Assembly: GCA_027077805.1 (NCBI GenBank)
Contig: JALWTS010000041.1
Location: 932 to 64,931, forward strand
Reading direction: 5' to 3'
DNA: 64,000 nt
Origin: Gammaproteobacteria bacterium
GTDB lineage: Bacteria; Pseudomonadota; Gammaproteobacteria; JABHGC01
The position numbers and the translations under genes were made by a program. Shown piece by piece: positions 1-10,421 of this stretch. Position 1 is the stretch's first letter, and every line of letters begins with the position of its first letter. The notes under the pieces are model-generated. The model had not been told where the DNA came from. It searched no databases and worked only from the letters and a program-made list of their open reading frames with translations.

Positions 1-2
1 TT

Positions 3-480
3 GTTTCAGTTTCCTATTAGGAGTAGCAAGTCATCAATACTAAATTTTTCCCTATCTGCTTGCAAAGTTTCAGTTTCCTATTAGGAGTAGCAAGAATTTT
101 TTGGCATATGCAACAACCAATTTGATTTTAGTTTCAGTTTCCTATTAGGAGTAGCAAGAATGGTTGCAAGATGAGGTACAACAATTAGCAGTCCGTTTCA
201 GTTTCCTATTAGGAGTAGCAAGACGGGGGAAAGATAGACTACCATCTTTTGATCTGAACGTTTCAGTTTCCTATTAGGAGTAGCAAGCGACACAAGTACT
301 CGAAATTATTTTTCTTGTAATTTGTTTCAGTTTCCTATTAGGAGTAGCAAGAAATTTTTTTTTAATTTTTTTTAAAATAAAATATAAAGTTTCAGTTTCC
401 TATTAGGAGTAGCAAGTATATCGGATGATAAATGGATTCTCTACATAGCAGCGTTTCAGTTTCCTATTAGGAGTAGCAAT
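3..480. CRISPR. CRISPR array: 8 copies of the 28-nt repeat GTTTCAGTTTCCTATTAGGAGTAGCAAG with seven 36-37-nt spacers; the array runs off the left window edge
   Basis: Repeats at 3-30, 67-94, 131-158, 195-222, 260-287, 324-351, 389-416 and 453-480. The first seven are identical; the last ends in T instead of G. Spacers are all different, with lengths 36/36/36/37/36/37/36 nt. Orientation is ambiguous (see findings). Confidence 0.95.
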
Positions 481-653
481 GGGCATGAAACCGAGGAAAT
501 GACCGCAAAATATATCAGGCAAATTGATTGGGAATCTGTAACACCAATTGTATCAAGAATCAGAAAAGCATAAATCTGTTATTAGAAAATTAGAAATTTT
601 TCTAATATCTTTACTAATATAATTTTCACGCCTTTTCCGAAACCCTTGGTATA

Positions 654-730
<77 letters not shown>

Positions 731-742
731 AAAAAAGACCAT

Positions 743-1102
743 TTAGGTAGCAAGGATTTGTGATACTTCTTCCAATTCTTCACGCATTTGGCGAATCATA
801 TCAAGACTTAAAAACTGAGCTTTTTGTTCAGAATCGCCTAATTCCAGATTATGTCTGGCACCACCAATGGTAAATCCTTGTTCATAAAGCAAACAGCGAA
901 TTTGACGAATGGTTTCAACATCTTGACGTTGATAATAACGTCGAGTACGACGTTTAATAGGACGTAATTGTGGAAACTCTTGTTCCCAATAGCGTAATAC
1001 ATGAGGTTTTACCTCACATAATTCACTGACTTCACCAATTGTAAAATAGCGTTTACTAGGAATAGCTGGTAAATCTTTCGTCAGTTTACTCATTTCTAAC
1101 AT
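743..1102 (-). CDS. MerR-family transcriptional regulator (the conserved small MerR gene downstream of ihfA)
   Basis: 119 aa with an N-terminal [28 protein letters not shown]. It sits directly after pheT-ihfA. An alternative ATG lies at 1093. Confidence 0.8.
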   Translation of the reverse strand: MLEMSKLTKDLPAIPSKRYFTIGEVSELCEVKPHVLRYWEQEFPQLRPIKRRTRRYYQRQDVETIRQIRCLLYEQGFTIGGARHNLELGDSEQKAQFLSLDMIRQMREELEEVSQILAT

Positions 1103-1192
1103 AATATTGCCCTACTATCTTTCACTTGAACTCATACTTTGAGTATAGTGTATCACTGTTGATGATTAAATAAAAATTAAATCAACTGTATT

Positions 1193-1486
1193 TTACTTTC
1201 TTGATTTTGCATCTACTCGCATTCTTAATTTTTGTCCTGGACGAAAAGTTACAACACGTCTCGCTGTAATTGGAATCTCTTGTCCTGTTTTTGGATTACG
1301 ACCCGGTCGTTGATTTTTATCTCTTAAATCAAAATTACCAAATCCCGATAATTTAACAGGTTCGGCTGATTCTAAGGTCGCTCGAATTTCTTCAAAAAAA
1401 AGTTCCACTAACTCTTTTGCTTCCCTTTTGTTTAGACCGATTTCTTCAGATAATCTTTCTGCTAAAACCGCTTTGGTTAAAGCCAT
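1193..1486 (-). CDS. ihfA: Integration host factor subunit alpha
   Basis: 97 aa, [49 protein letters not shown]. This is the classic IHF/HU fold sequence, and the gene follows pheT. Confidence 0.95.
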   Translation of the reverse strand: MALTKAVLAERLSEEIGLNKREAKELVELFFEEIRATLESAEPVKLSGFGNFDLRDKNQRPGRNPKTGQEIPITARRVVTFRPGQKLRMRVDAKSRK

Positions 1487-1556
1487 TTTCCCTACCTTAA
1501 CGTTGTGTTATAATTATTGTTTAAACTGGTTAATACCACGAACCTCAAACCAACAT

Positions 1557-3944
1557 TTATCTCAATGTTGCTTGAAGTTGTTGTTCTAAATCTTTTATGA
1601 CACTATTTATCATAGCTTCTATTTCCTCCTCTTTCAAGGTATGTGAAACCGATTGAAAACTCAAGCCCAATGCCATACTTTTAAAGTTTTCAGCAATTCC
1701 TTTCCCTCGATAAATATCAAATACATTAATTTGTGAAATTTTATCCCCTAAACTCTCACTAATACATTGCACTATCGCTTCTGCTGTAACATCTTCTTGA
1801 ACAATAATTGCCACGTCCCTTCTTACCATAGGATATTTTGATAATGCCTGATATTTAGGTAATTTTGCTTGTCTGATTATATTAAATTGTAGCTCAAATA
1901 AAAAAATAGTTTGGTTAAATTCTAATTTTTCTTCCAAAATGGGATGCAAAGCACCAATCCAACCAACAGTTTGACCTTGATATTGAATTTTTGCGGACTG
2001 ACCAGGATGCAACACGGAATAATCATAGCGACTAAAACTAAAATCAGTCATAGCTTGCCCTAAACCGAGTATTGCTTCAACATCCCCTTTAATATCAAAG
2101 AAATCGACCAAACGCTGAGGCTTTGACTCACTCCATTGTTCAGGTAACACCGTGCCCGTAATCACACCTGCAACTAAAGGTTCTTGTGCAATATCCTCCC
2201 CTTGTTTCCAAAAACACAATCCCGTTTCAAATAAGCGTACTCGTGATTGTTGTCGATGTAAATTATAACGTACAGCTTGTAATAAACCTGGCCATAAGCT
2301 GGTTCGCATGACCGATAAGTCAACCGCAATAGGATTAGCAACAATCATCACTTCTTGTTCTGGAAATAACTGCTGTTGAATATCTGGATCAATAAAACTA
2401 TAAGTAATGGCTTCTTGATACCCTCTCGCAACCAAAACTTGTTTAATTTTGGAGGTACTTAGCGTCAGTTCAGATTGTGGTAAAATATGTGTGGCCATTT
2501 TAAATGGTTTCGCAACAATGTTGTCATAACCATAAATTCTTGCAAGTTCTTCGATTAAATCTTCTTCAATCGCAATATCGAAACGATAACTAGGTGGCAC
2601 AACTAACCAACTATCATCGGTATTTGAGCTTAATTCCATACCTAAACCTTGCAAAATCGTGACAATGCTTTGTTTGTCCCCAATATCCATGCCTAAAACT
2701 TTGTTAATTCTCTCTAGGGATAATGGAATCGGTTTGACTTGGGTTTTAGATGATAAAGATTCGCTTACAATCACAGGGCCTGCTTCCCCACCCACAATGG
2801 ATAACAACAATTCAGTTGCAATTTCTATGACTTTTTTAGGCAAATTCGGATCAACACCACGTTCAAAACGATGGGAAGAATCGGTATGTAATTTATAATC
2901 TCTGGCTTTACCTGTTATCGCTAAAGGGGTGAAATGAGCCACTTCTAAAAAAATCGATTGGGTTTCATCCGATACCGCAGATGCCATGCCCCCCATAATT
3001 CCTGCCAGTGCTAATGGTTGTTGTTTATCCGCAATAATTAAGCTATCCGCTTCTAAAGCAATTTCTTGACCATTCAGCAATACCAAGGTTTCACTTGCCT
3101 TAGGATAACGAACCACAATTTCGGTCTGAATTTTATCTAAATCGAATGCGTGCAATGGTTGACCAAGTTCTAATAACAAATAATTAGTAATATCAACCAC
3201 AGGGTCTAAAGCGCGTAAACCACTACGACGTAAGCGTTCTTGCATCCACAACGGCGTAGTAATACCTTTATTAATATTTTTAATCACTCGTCCACAATAC
3301 AATGGACAGGCTTGGGCTTGTTCAACTTTAATTGCTAGGGTTTCAGTATGAGTTACCTTAACAGTAGGGGCTTTTGAAGCAGTGAAGGGCATTTGGTTAA
3401 TCACCGCAATTTCTCTGGCAATCCCTTCAATACTTAAACAATCCCCTCGATTTGGGGTTAAATCGATTTCAATAATATTATCATTTAAGTCCAAGTATTC
3501 TCGAAGATCTTGACCAATGGGGGCAGAATTGGGCAATGCGAATAAACCATCGGATTGCTCTGATAAACCTAATTCACTGGCAGAACACAACATTCCTTGC
3601 GATAACACCCCACGCAATTTTGATTTTTTGATCTTATGACCATCGGCTAATCTCGCTCCAATCAACGCCACAGGAAAAAAGCCATCGACCACAACATTAT
3701 CAGCACCACAAACAATAGATAAGGGCTCGGCATCACCAACATCAACCGTACAAATTTGCAATTTTTCCGCATTTGGATGAGCGTCTATTTTTAAAACCTT
3801 AGCAACAACAATTTTTTGAAAATCGGCAGCCGCAGGCGTACAGGTTTCCACTTCTAAACCTGCCATTGTTAATTGTGCCAGTAATTGCTGTGTAGAAATA
3901 TTGGGATTCACCCAAGTTCTTAACCATGCTTCACTAAATTTCAT
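1557..3944 (-). CDS. pheT: Phenylalanine--tRNA ligase beta subunit
   Basis: 795 aa starting MKFSEAWLRTWVNP, with tRNA-binding, B3/4 and B5 regions. It lies directly downstream of pheS. Confidence 0.97.
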   Translation of the reverse strand: MKFSEAWLRTWVNPNISTQQLLAQLTMAGLEVETCTPAAADFQKIVVAKVLKIDAHPNAEKLQICTVDVGDAEPLSIVCGADNVVVDGFFPVALIGARLADGHKIKKSKLRGVLSQGMLCSASELGLSEQSDGLFALPNSAPIGQDLREYLDLNDNIIEIDLTPNRGDCLSIEGIAREIAVINQMPFTASKAPTVKVTHTETLAIKVEQAQACPLYCGRVIKNINKGITTPLWMQERLRRSGLRALDPVVDITNYLLLELGQPLHAFDLDKIQTEIVVRYPKASETLVLLNGQEIALEADSLIIADKQQPLALAGIMGGMASAVSDETQSIFLEVAHFTPLAITGKARDYKLHTDSSHRFERGVDPNLPKKVIEIATELLLSIVGGEAGPVIVSESLSSKTQVKPIPLSLERINKVLGMDIGDKQSIVTILQGLGMELSSNTDDSWLVVPPSYRFDIAIEEDLIEELARIYGYDNIVAKPFKMATHILPQSELTLSTSKIKQVLVARGYQEAITYSFIDPDIQQQLFPEQEVMIVANPIAVDLSVMRTSLWPGLLQAVRYNLHRQQSRVRLFETGLCFWKQGEDIAQEPLVAGVITGTVLPEQWSESKPQRLVDFFDIKGDVEAILGLGQAMTDFSFSRYDYSVLHPGQSAKIQYQGQTVGWIGALHPILEEKLEFNQTIFLFELQFNIIRQAKLPKYQALSKYPMVRRDVAIIVQEDVTAEAIVQCISESLGDKISQINVFDIYRGKGIAENFKSMALGLSFQSVSHTLKEEEIEAMINSVIKDLEQQLQATLR

Positions 3945-3999
3945 TATTAATATCTTTTAACTTGTATTGAATATTGAATCAACCGTTGAACACGTCAAT

Positions 4000-5386
<1,387 letters not shown>

Positions 5387-5413
5387 AATGATTTCCTTTG
5401 ATAAATATTCATG

Positions 5414-5611
5414 TTATAGATTAGCTAACAATGCTTTAGCACTTGCAACATCAGAAGGATGTAACATTGAAGCGACTCGTAATTGGCGTTTTCTTTTAGT
5501 CGTTTTTTTAGTCAAAATATGACGACGATGAGATTGGCCTCGTTTAATCAAACCCGATCCTGTCACTCGAAAACGCTTGGCAGCGCCTCGATTAGTTTTT
5601 AATTTTGGCAT
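5414..5611 (-). CDS. rpmI: 50S ribosomal protein L35
   Basis: 65 aa, [20 protein letters not shown]. It lies between infC and rplT. Confidence 0.96.
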   Translation of the reverse strand: MPKLKTNRGAAKRFRVTGSGLIKRGQSHRRHILTKKTTKRKRQLRVASMLHPSDVASAKALLANL

Positions 5612-5678
5612 AGTTTATCCCTTGTAACTGACTGATAACTCACTTAAAAATACATTTAAAAATTAACGTTTGAACAAA

Positions 5679-6200
5679 TTATTTTTTAGGTGCAAGCACC
5701 ATAACCATTTGCTTGGCTTCCATTTTTGGTTGTTGTTCTGAACTCGCAAGCTCGGCTAAATCTTCTTCAATTCGTTGTAATAATTGTAAACCAAGTTCCT
5801 TATGTGCTAACTCTCTACCCCGAAATCGCATGGTCACTTTGGCTTTATTCCCTTCCCCCAAAAACTCTTTTAACTTACCTAATTTGACTTGATAGTCCCC
5901 CTCACCCGTTCCAGGTCGAAACTTAACTTCTTTGACTTGGATTTGTTTTTGTTTTTTTCGAGCAATTTGCTGTTTTTTATTTTGTTCAAAACGATATTTG
6001 CCATAATCCATCACTCGACACACGGGTGGATTCGCATTGGGTGCAATTTCAACTAAATCTAAACCAGCATCTTCCGCAGATTTTAATGCTTCTTGAATAG
6101 TAACAATTCCTACTTGATGGCCTTTCGCATCAATCAAACGCACCTGTCTTGCAGTAATTTCCCCATTTAAATTGGCTTCTTTTTTGTTGCTCACAGTAAT
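5679..6200 (-). CDS. infC: Translation initiation factor IF-3, probable AUU start
   Basis: IF-3 sequence ([30 protein letters not shown]). The ORF track begins at GTG 6194, but an in-frame ATT at 6200-6198 lies 7 nt after AGGAG (6212-6208). Confidence 0.9.
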   Translation of the reverse strand: MTVSNKKEANLNGEITARQVRLIDAKGHQVGIVTIQEALKSAEDAGLDLVEIAPNANPPVCRVMDYGKYRFEQNKKQQIARKKQKQIQVKEVKFRPGTGEGDYQVKLGKLKEFLGEGNKAKVTMRFRGRELAHKELGLQLLQRIEEDLAELASSEQQPKMEAKQMVMVLAPKK

Positions 6201-6216
6201 ATGTGTTCTCCTTTAA

Positions 6217-8136
6217 TCAAACTTGTTTTTTTTGTTCAATATCTTGTTGTAATTGATTAATAAATTCCATATAACTTATATTAGCTAAATTTTTAGCTTT
6301 TCGGGTTCTTACTGTCAAGTTTTGTTGTTCCATTTCAACATCCCCTATTATGACAAAATAAGGAATTTTTTGCAGGCTATGTTCTCTAATTTTAAAACCA
6401 ATTTTTTCGTTTCTCAAATCAGTAATCACCCTAAAACCTGCTTGTTGTAATTGCTGTTGAATCTCAACACAATAATCATTATGGCGTTCAGCAATGCTTA
6501 ATACCACCACTTGTATGGGTGCTAACCATACTGGAAATATGCCCGCATAATGTTCAATTAAAATCCCAATAAAACGCTCTAATGAGCCTAAAATGGCCCG
6601 ATGCAACATCACGGGTACTTTTTTACGATTATCAGAAGCAATATAAGTGGCATCTAAACGGTCAGGCTGAGGTAAGGCAAAATCGACTTGAATCGTACCA
6701 CATTGCCACACTCTACCCAGACAATCTCGCAAGGCAAATTCAATTTTAGGCCCATAAAATGCCCCTTCACCTGGTTGCAGTTCCCAAGCTAAGTTCTTAT
6801 TATTTAAAGCTAATTCCAAAGCCTGTTCCGCTTTATCCCATAACGCATCACTACCTACTCGTTTTTCAGGACGAGTAGAAAGTTTGATTAAAATATCCGT
6901 AAAACCAAAATCTTGATAGACTTGAAAGAGTAAATCAATAAATGCCGATACTTCACTTTGAATTTGTTCTTCGGTGCAAAAAATATGAGCATCATCTTGT
7001 ACAAAATGGCGTACTCGCATTAAGCCATGCAAGGTTCCTGAAGGTTCATTGCGATGACAAGAGCCAAATTCCGCCATTCTTAGCGGTAAATCTCTATAAC
7101 TTTTTAAACCTTGTTTAAAAATTTGTACATGACAAGGGCAATTCATGGGTTTAACTGCAAAATCCTTATGTTCAGAGTGGGTAATAAACATCATGTCAGA
7201 AAATTTATCCCAATGCCCTGAGGCTTCCCACAAACTCTTGTCCACTAAAGCAGGGGTACTGACTTCAATATAAGCATTTTGGCATAGGATATTTCTTAAA
7301 TAATCCTGGATCTGCTGATAAATACGCCAACCTTTACTATGCCAAAATACCATACCAGGTGAGGCTTCTTGTAAATGAAATAAATCTAATTGTTTTGCCA
7401 ATTTACGATGATCCCGTTTTTCCGCTTCTTCCAAACGATGCAAATACGTTTTTAAGGATTTTTTATCCCCCCAAGCGGTACCATAAATGCGTTGCAACAT
7501 TTCATTATTCGCATCCCCACGCCAATAAGACCCTGACACTTTCATTAATTTAAAATATTTTAAATGACCAATCGCAGGCACATGAGGTCCACGACAAAGA
7601 TCAATAAAATCACCTTGTTGATATAACGATAAGGTTTCATGGCTAGGAATAGCCTCAATAATTTTAGCTTTATATTCTTCCCCTATCTCACGAAAAAATG
7701 CAATCGCCTCATTTCTAGGCGTAACCCGCCTTGACACGGAATAATTCTCTTTCACTAATGCTCGCATTTTTTGTTCAATTTTGGTCAAATCTTCGGTAGT
7801 AAAAGGACGTTTATAGGCAAAATCATAATAAAAGCCATTTTCAATCACGGGTCCAATGGTAACTTGGGCATCAGGATATAATAATTTTACCGCCTGTGCC
7901 AATAAATGGGCTGTGGAATGCCGAATAATCTCCAAACCTTCGGGATCACTAGCGGTAATAATTGCAAGCTCAGCATCTTGTTCTATGACATAGCTCATAT
8001 CCACTAAAACTTGATCAACTTTTGCTGCTAATGCTGATTTTGCTAAACCCGAACCAATAGCCGCCGCGACTTCGTGTGCGGATACCGAAGTAGAAAAATG
8101 TTTCTGGCTACCATCCGGCAAGGTAATAACTGGCAT
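6217..8136 (-). CDS. thrS: Threonine--tRNA ligase
   Basis: 639 aa starting [10 protein letters not shown] (TGS domain), with class II core motifs ([21 protein letters not shown]) and an anticodon-binding C-terminus. Confidence 0.97.
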   Translation of the reverse strand: MPVITLPDGSQKHFSTSVSAHEVAAAIGSGLAKSALAAKVDQVLVDMSYVIEQDAELAIITASDPEGLEIIRHSTAHLLAQAVKLLYPDAQVTIGPVIENGFYYDFAYKRPFTTEDLTKIEQKMRALVKENYSVSRRVTPRNEAIAFFREIGEEYKAKIIEAIPSHETLSLYQQGDFIDLCRGPHVPAIGHLKYFKLMKVSGSYWRGDANNEMLQRIYGTAWGDKKSLKTYLHRLEEAEKRDHRKLAKQLDLFHLQEASPGMVFWHSKGWRIYQQIQDYLRNILCQNAYIEVSTPALVDKSLWEASGHWDKFSDMMFITHSEHKDFAVKPMNCPCHVQIFKQGLKSYRDLPLRMAEFGSCHRNEPSGTLHGLMRVRHFVQDDAHIFCTEEQIQSEVSAFIDLLFQVYQDFGFTDILIKLSTRPEKRVGSDALWDKAEQALELALNNKNLAWELQPGEGAFYGPKIEFALRDCLGRVWQCGTIQVDFALPQPDRLDATYIASDNRKKVPVMLHRAILGSLERFIGILIEHYAGIFPVWLAPIQVVVLSIAERHNDYCVEIQQQLQQAGFRVITDLRNEKIGFKIREHSLQKIPYFVIIGDVEMEQQNLTVRTRKAKNLANISYMEFINQLQQDIEQKKQV

Positions 8137-8153
8137 AAATCCCTATTCCTACG

Positions 8154-8181
8154 AAAATAAAAAAGGCACTCTAAAAGTGCC
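8154..8181 (-). terminator. Intrinsic terminator-like hairpin between tRNA-Val and thrS
   Basis: The minus strand reads GGCACT-TTTAG-AGTGCC followed by TTTTTTATTTT. The stem halves are at 8176-8181 and 8165-8170, and the U-tract is at 8154-8164. It sits 7 nt after the tRNA CCA and 18 nt before the thrS ATG. Confidence 0.7.
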
Positions 8182-8188
8182 ATTCGTT

Positions 8189-8263
8189 TGGTAGGCGCGA
8201 GTGGGATTGAACCACCGACCCCCACCATGTCAAGGTGATGCTCTACCACTGAGCTACGCGCCT
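8189..8263 (-). tRNA. tRNA-Val (anticodon GAC)
   Basis: The minus strand reads AGGCGCGTAGCTCAGTGGTAGAGCATCACCTTGACATGGTGGGGGTCGGTGGTTCAATCCCACTCGCGCCTACCA. The anticodon loop is TTGACAT and the CCA is encoded. Confidence 0.93.
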
Positions 8264-8275
8264 TCAAGCCACAAT

Positions 8276-8303
8276 ATTATAGAGACTTCAGTTTTGCTGT
8301 CAA
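8276..8303 (-). promoter_or_regulatory. Consensus sigma-70 promoter for tRNA-Val (and probably thrS)
   Basis: On the minus strand: TTGACA (8303-8298), a 16-nt spacer, then TATAAT (8281-8276). The -10 element ends 12 nt upstream of the mature tRNA 5' end. Confidence 0.65.
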
Positions 8304-8605
8304 TATTTTTTTAATTGGCTGATTCTTAAGCTAATTCAATCATTTCAATTTTTGTTGATTAAGACATATTGAATATTTTCAGATATAGATGTCACCACAA
8401 ATAACGATAGCCTTGTTACAAGGGACTGACAGGGTGTTCCTTATTCTATCATTAGCCGTGCTTGATCACCTACGGGGATATAATCGGCAACTCAGTCAAA
8501 TAATTATGATCATATTGTCAAAAAATCATTGGCTATTATGAAATTTGTCGATAAAATTAAGATTATAATAACAAAAACCTTTACAAAATACAAAAGATAC
8601 CAATT

Positions 8606-9781
8606 ATGAAATTATCCCATCGAATCCAACAAGTGCAACCCTCTTCTACTTTAGCCATTACTGCCAGAGCCAATGAAATCAAAGCCCAAGGTCATCAAAT
8701 TATTGGTTTAGGGGCAGGCGAACCTGATTTTGATACCCCTGATTTTATTAAACAAGCAGCTATTGATGCCATTAATCAAGGCTTTACCAAATATACTGCT
8801 GTAGGTGGTATTCCTAATCTAAAACAAGCCATTGTTAATAAATTTAAAACCGAAAACCAACTGGATTATACACCCGAACAAATTTTAGTCTCATGTGGTG
8901 GGAAACAATCGTTTTATAATCTCGCCCAAAGTTTATTGGATGCAGGCGATGAAGTCATTATTCCAGTACCTTATTGGGTCTCTTATCCCGCCATGGTACA
9001 ATTAGCAGATGCTACCCCTGTTTATATTGAAACCACGCAAGCACAACAATTTAAAATTACAGCAGAGCAACTAGAACAAGCGATTACCCCAAATACTCGC
9101 TTATTTGTGCTAAACAGTCCTTCTAATCCGTCAGGCATGAGTTATACCGAAACCGAACTAAAAGCCTTAGCAGAAGCACTACTACCACACCCACAAATTA
9201 TGATTGCTACTGATGATATGTACGAACATATTATCTGGCAAGGCAAATTTATTAATATTGTTAATGTTTGTCCAGAATTATATGAACGCACTATAGTGCT
9301 TAATGGTGTGTCTAAAGCCTATGCTATGACAGGTTGGCGTATTGGCTATGCGGCAGGCGATGCGCCCTTAATTAAAGCCATGACCAAATTACAATCGCAT
9401 AGCACCTCCAATCCAACTTCTATTTCCCAAATAGCCGCTCTAACAGGATTAGAGAGTGATAATCAGTTTATGCAAACCATGGTAACGGCATTTAAACAAC
9501 GTCATGATTATATGGTAGACGCTTTAAATCAAATTGATGGGGTTGATTGCCAAGCAACTGATGGAACTTTTTATATTTTTCCTGAGGTACAAGGTTTAAT
9601 TAAACAAATTGATGGCGTAACGGATGATCTTAGCCTAGTAGAATATTTCATTACTGAAGCAAAAGTCGCATTAATTCCTGGATCCGCATTTGGTTGTAAA
9701 AATCATGTTAGGATTTCAATTGCCACTGGTTTAGAAGCGTTACAACAAGCCATTGCCCAAATTCAAGCGGTGTTGCAATAA
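8606..9781 (+). CDS. Pyridoxal-phosphate-dependent aminotransferase, class I (aspartate aminotransferase-like)
   Basis: 391 aa with GAGEPDFDTP, NSPSNPSG and the PLP-lysine motif SKAYAMTGWRIGY. Confidence 0.88.
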   Translation: MKLSHRIQQVQPSSTLAITARANEIKAQGHQIIGLGAGEPDFDTPDFIKQAAIDAINQGFTKYTAVGGIPNLKQAIVNKFKTENQLDYTPEQILVSCGGKQSFYNLAQSLLDAGDEVIIPVPYWVSYPAMVQLADATPVYIETTQAQQFKITAEQLEQAITPNTRLFVLNSPSNPSGMSYTETELKALAEALLPHPQIMIATDDMYEHIIWQGKFINIVNVCPELYERTIVLNGVSKAYAMTGWRIGYAAGDAPLIKAMTKLQSHSTSNPTSISQIAALTGLESDNQFMQTMVTAFKQRHDYMVDALNQIDGVDCQATDGTFYIFPEVQGLIKQIDGVTDDLSLVEYFITEAKVALIPGSAFGCKNHVRISIATGLEALQQAIAQIQAVLQ

Positions 9782-9853
9782 AATACTCAATGTCAGAAAA
9801 TTCCTACAAGCGAATCAGACGTAACTGATAGATTTCAAAACTAATAAACTTTA

Positions 9854-9901
9854 TCTTATCTCCTAAGCACTACAACAATAATCCAAACATAGGAGATAAG
9901 A
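9854..9901 (+). promoter_or_regulatory. 11-bp perfect inverted repeat that can sequester the RBS of the pseudopilin gene
   Basis: TCTTATCTCCT (9854-9864) is the exact reverse complement of AGGAGATAAGA (9891-9901). The loop is 26 nt. The right arm contains the AGGAG located 8 nt before ATG 9904. Confidence 0.5.
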
Positions 9902-9903
9902 CA

Positions 9904-10419
9904 ATGAAAGCAAACACAGGATTTACTTTAATCGAATTATTAGTCAGTTTGATCATATTAACCATTATTGTTAGTCATGCTTACAGTGGTATGCACCGCT
10001 TTTCGCAACGCTTAAAAATTCAAACCATTGCCAATGATTTACGTCAAAATTTAAATTTAGCTCGCAGTTCAGCGATTACCCAAAAACGTAAAACCATTAT
10101 ATGTCCGAGTAATAATGGCAAGAATTGTGATTCTAAAGGCGATTGGAATCATGGTTGGTTGGTATTTATTGACAAAAATCACAATAAAACATACGACAAG
10201 CAAGATCAAGCTTTAAATTATTATGATTTTAAACAAACTATTACCATTGATAATAGCCAACATCGTAAAAAATTAGTTTATCAACGCAATGGTTTTAGCA
10301 GTGGCAGTAACACCACTTTTTCCATTTGTTCCACAAGCAATGATATTCCAGCCATTAGCGTTATTGTATCGAATACAGGCCGTGCTAGAATAGCCAAAAG
10401 TACATCTCACAAATGTTAA
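9904..10419 (+). CDS. GspH/FimT-family type IV minor (pseudo)pilin
   Basis: 171 aa with the prepilin N-terminal methylation motif MKANTGFTLIELLVSLIIL, followed by a GspH-like body. Confidence 0.8.
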   Translation: MKANTGFTLIELLVSLIILTIIVSHAYSGMHRFSQRLKIQTIANDLRQNLNLARSSAITQKRKTIICPSNNGKNCDSKGDWNHGWLVFIDKNHNKTYDKQDQALNYYDFKQTITIDNSQHRKKLVYQRNGFSSGSNTTFSICSTSNDIPAISVIVSNTGRARIAKSTSHKC

Positions 10420-10421
10420 AA

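Noticed and set aside
481-653. Search for a tracrRNA-like anti-repeat or cas remnant next to the CRISPR array
   Set aside because: I found no stretch complementary to the repeat beyond short chance matches (GAAAC). There are no ORFs other than the tRNA artefact.
2659-2898. Antisense or out-of-frame ORFs embedded in strong genes. This one is in pheT. Others are at 5322-5522, 7359-7553, 11006-11453, 13074-13388, 14362-14826, 18585-18794, 22340-22817, 23647-23874, 26261-26479, 27912-28317, 30510-30719, 31529-31720, 32924-33199, 33680-33916, 34641-34838, 37550-37762, 38991-39191, 40006-40233, 41115-41399, 43246-44064, 44534-44728, 47958-48215, 48812-49006, 51298-51549, 52490-52717, 52995-53243, 54488-54712, 55154-55336, 55764-55946, 57701-58006, 58742-58993 and 61277-61553.
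   Set aside because: Each lies wholly inside a longer ORF with clear family motifs. They have low-complexity or odd composition and no RBS, which is the expected noise in an AT-rich genome.
8043-8267. 74-aa minus-strand ORF
   Set aside because: It overlaps the tRNA-Val gene, the terminator and the thrS start in another frame, so it is a translation artefact of a structured RNA.
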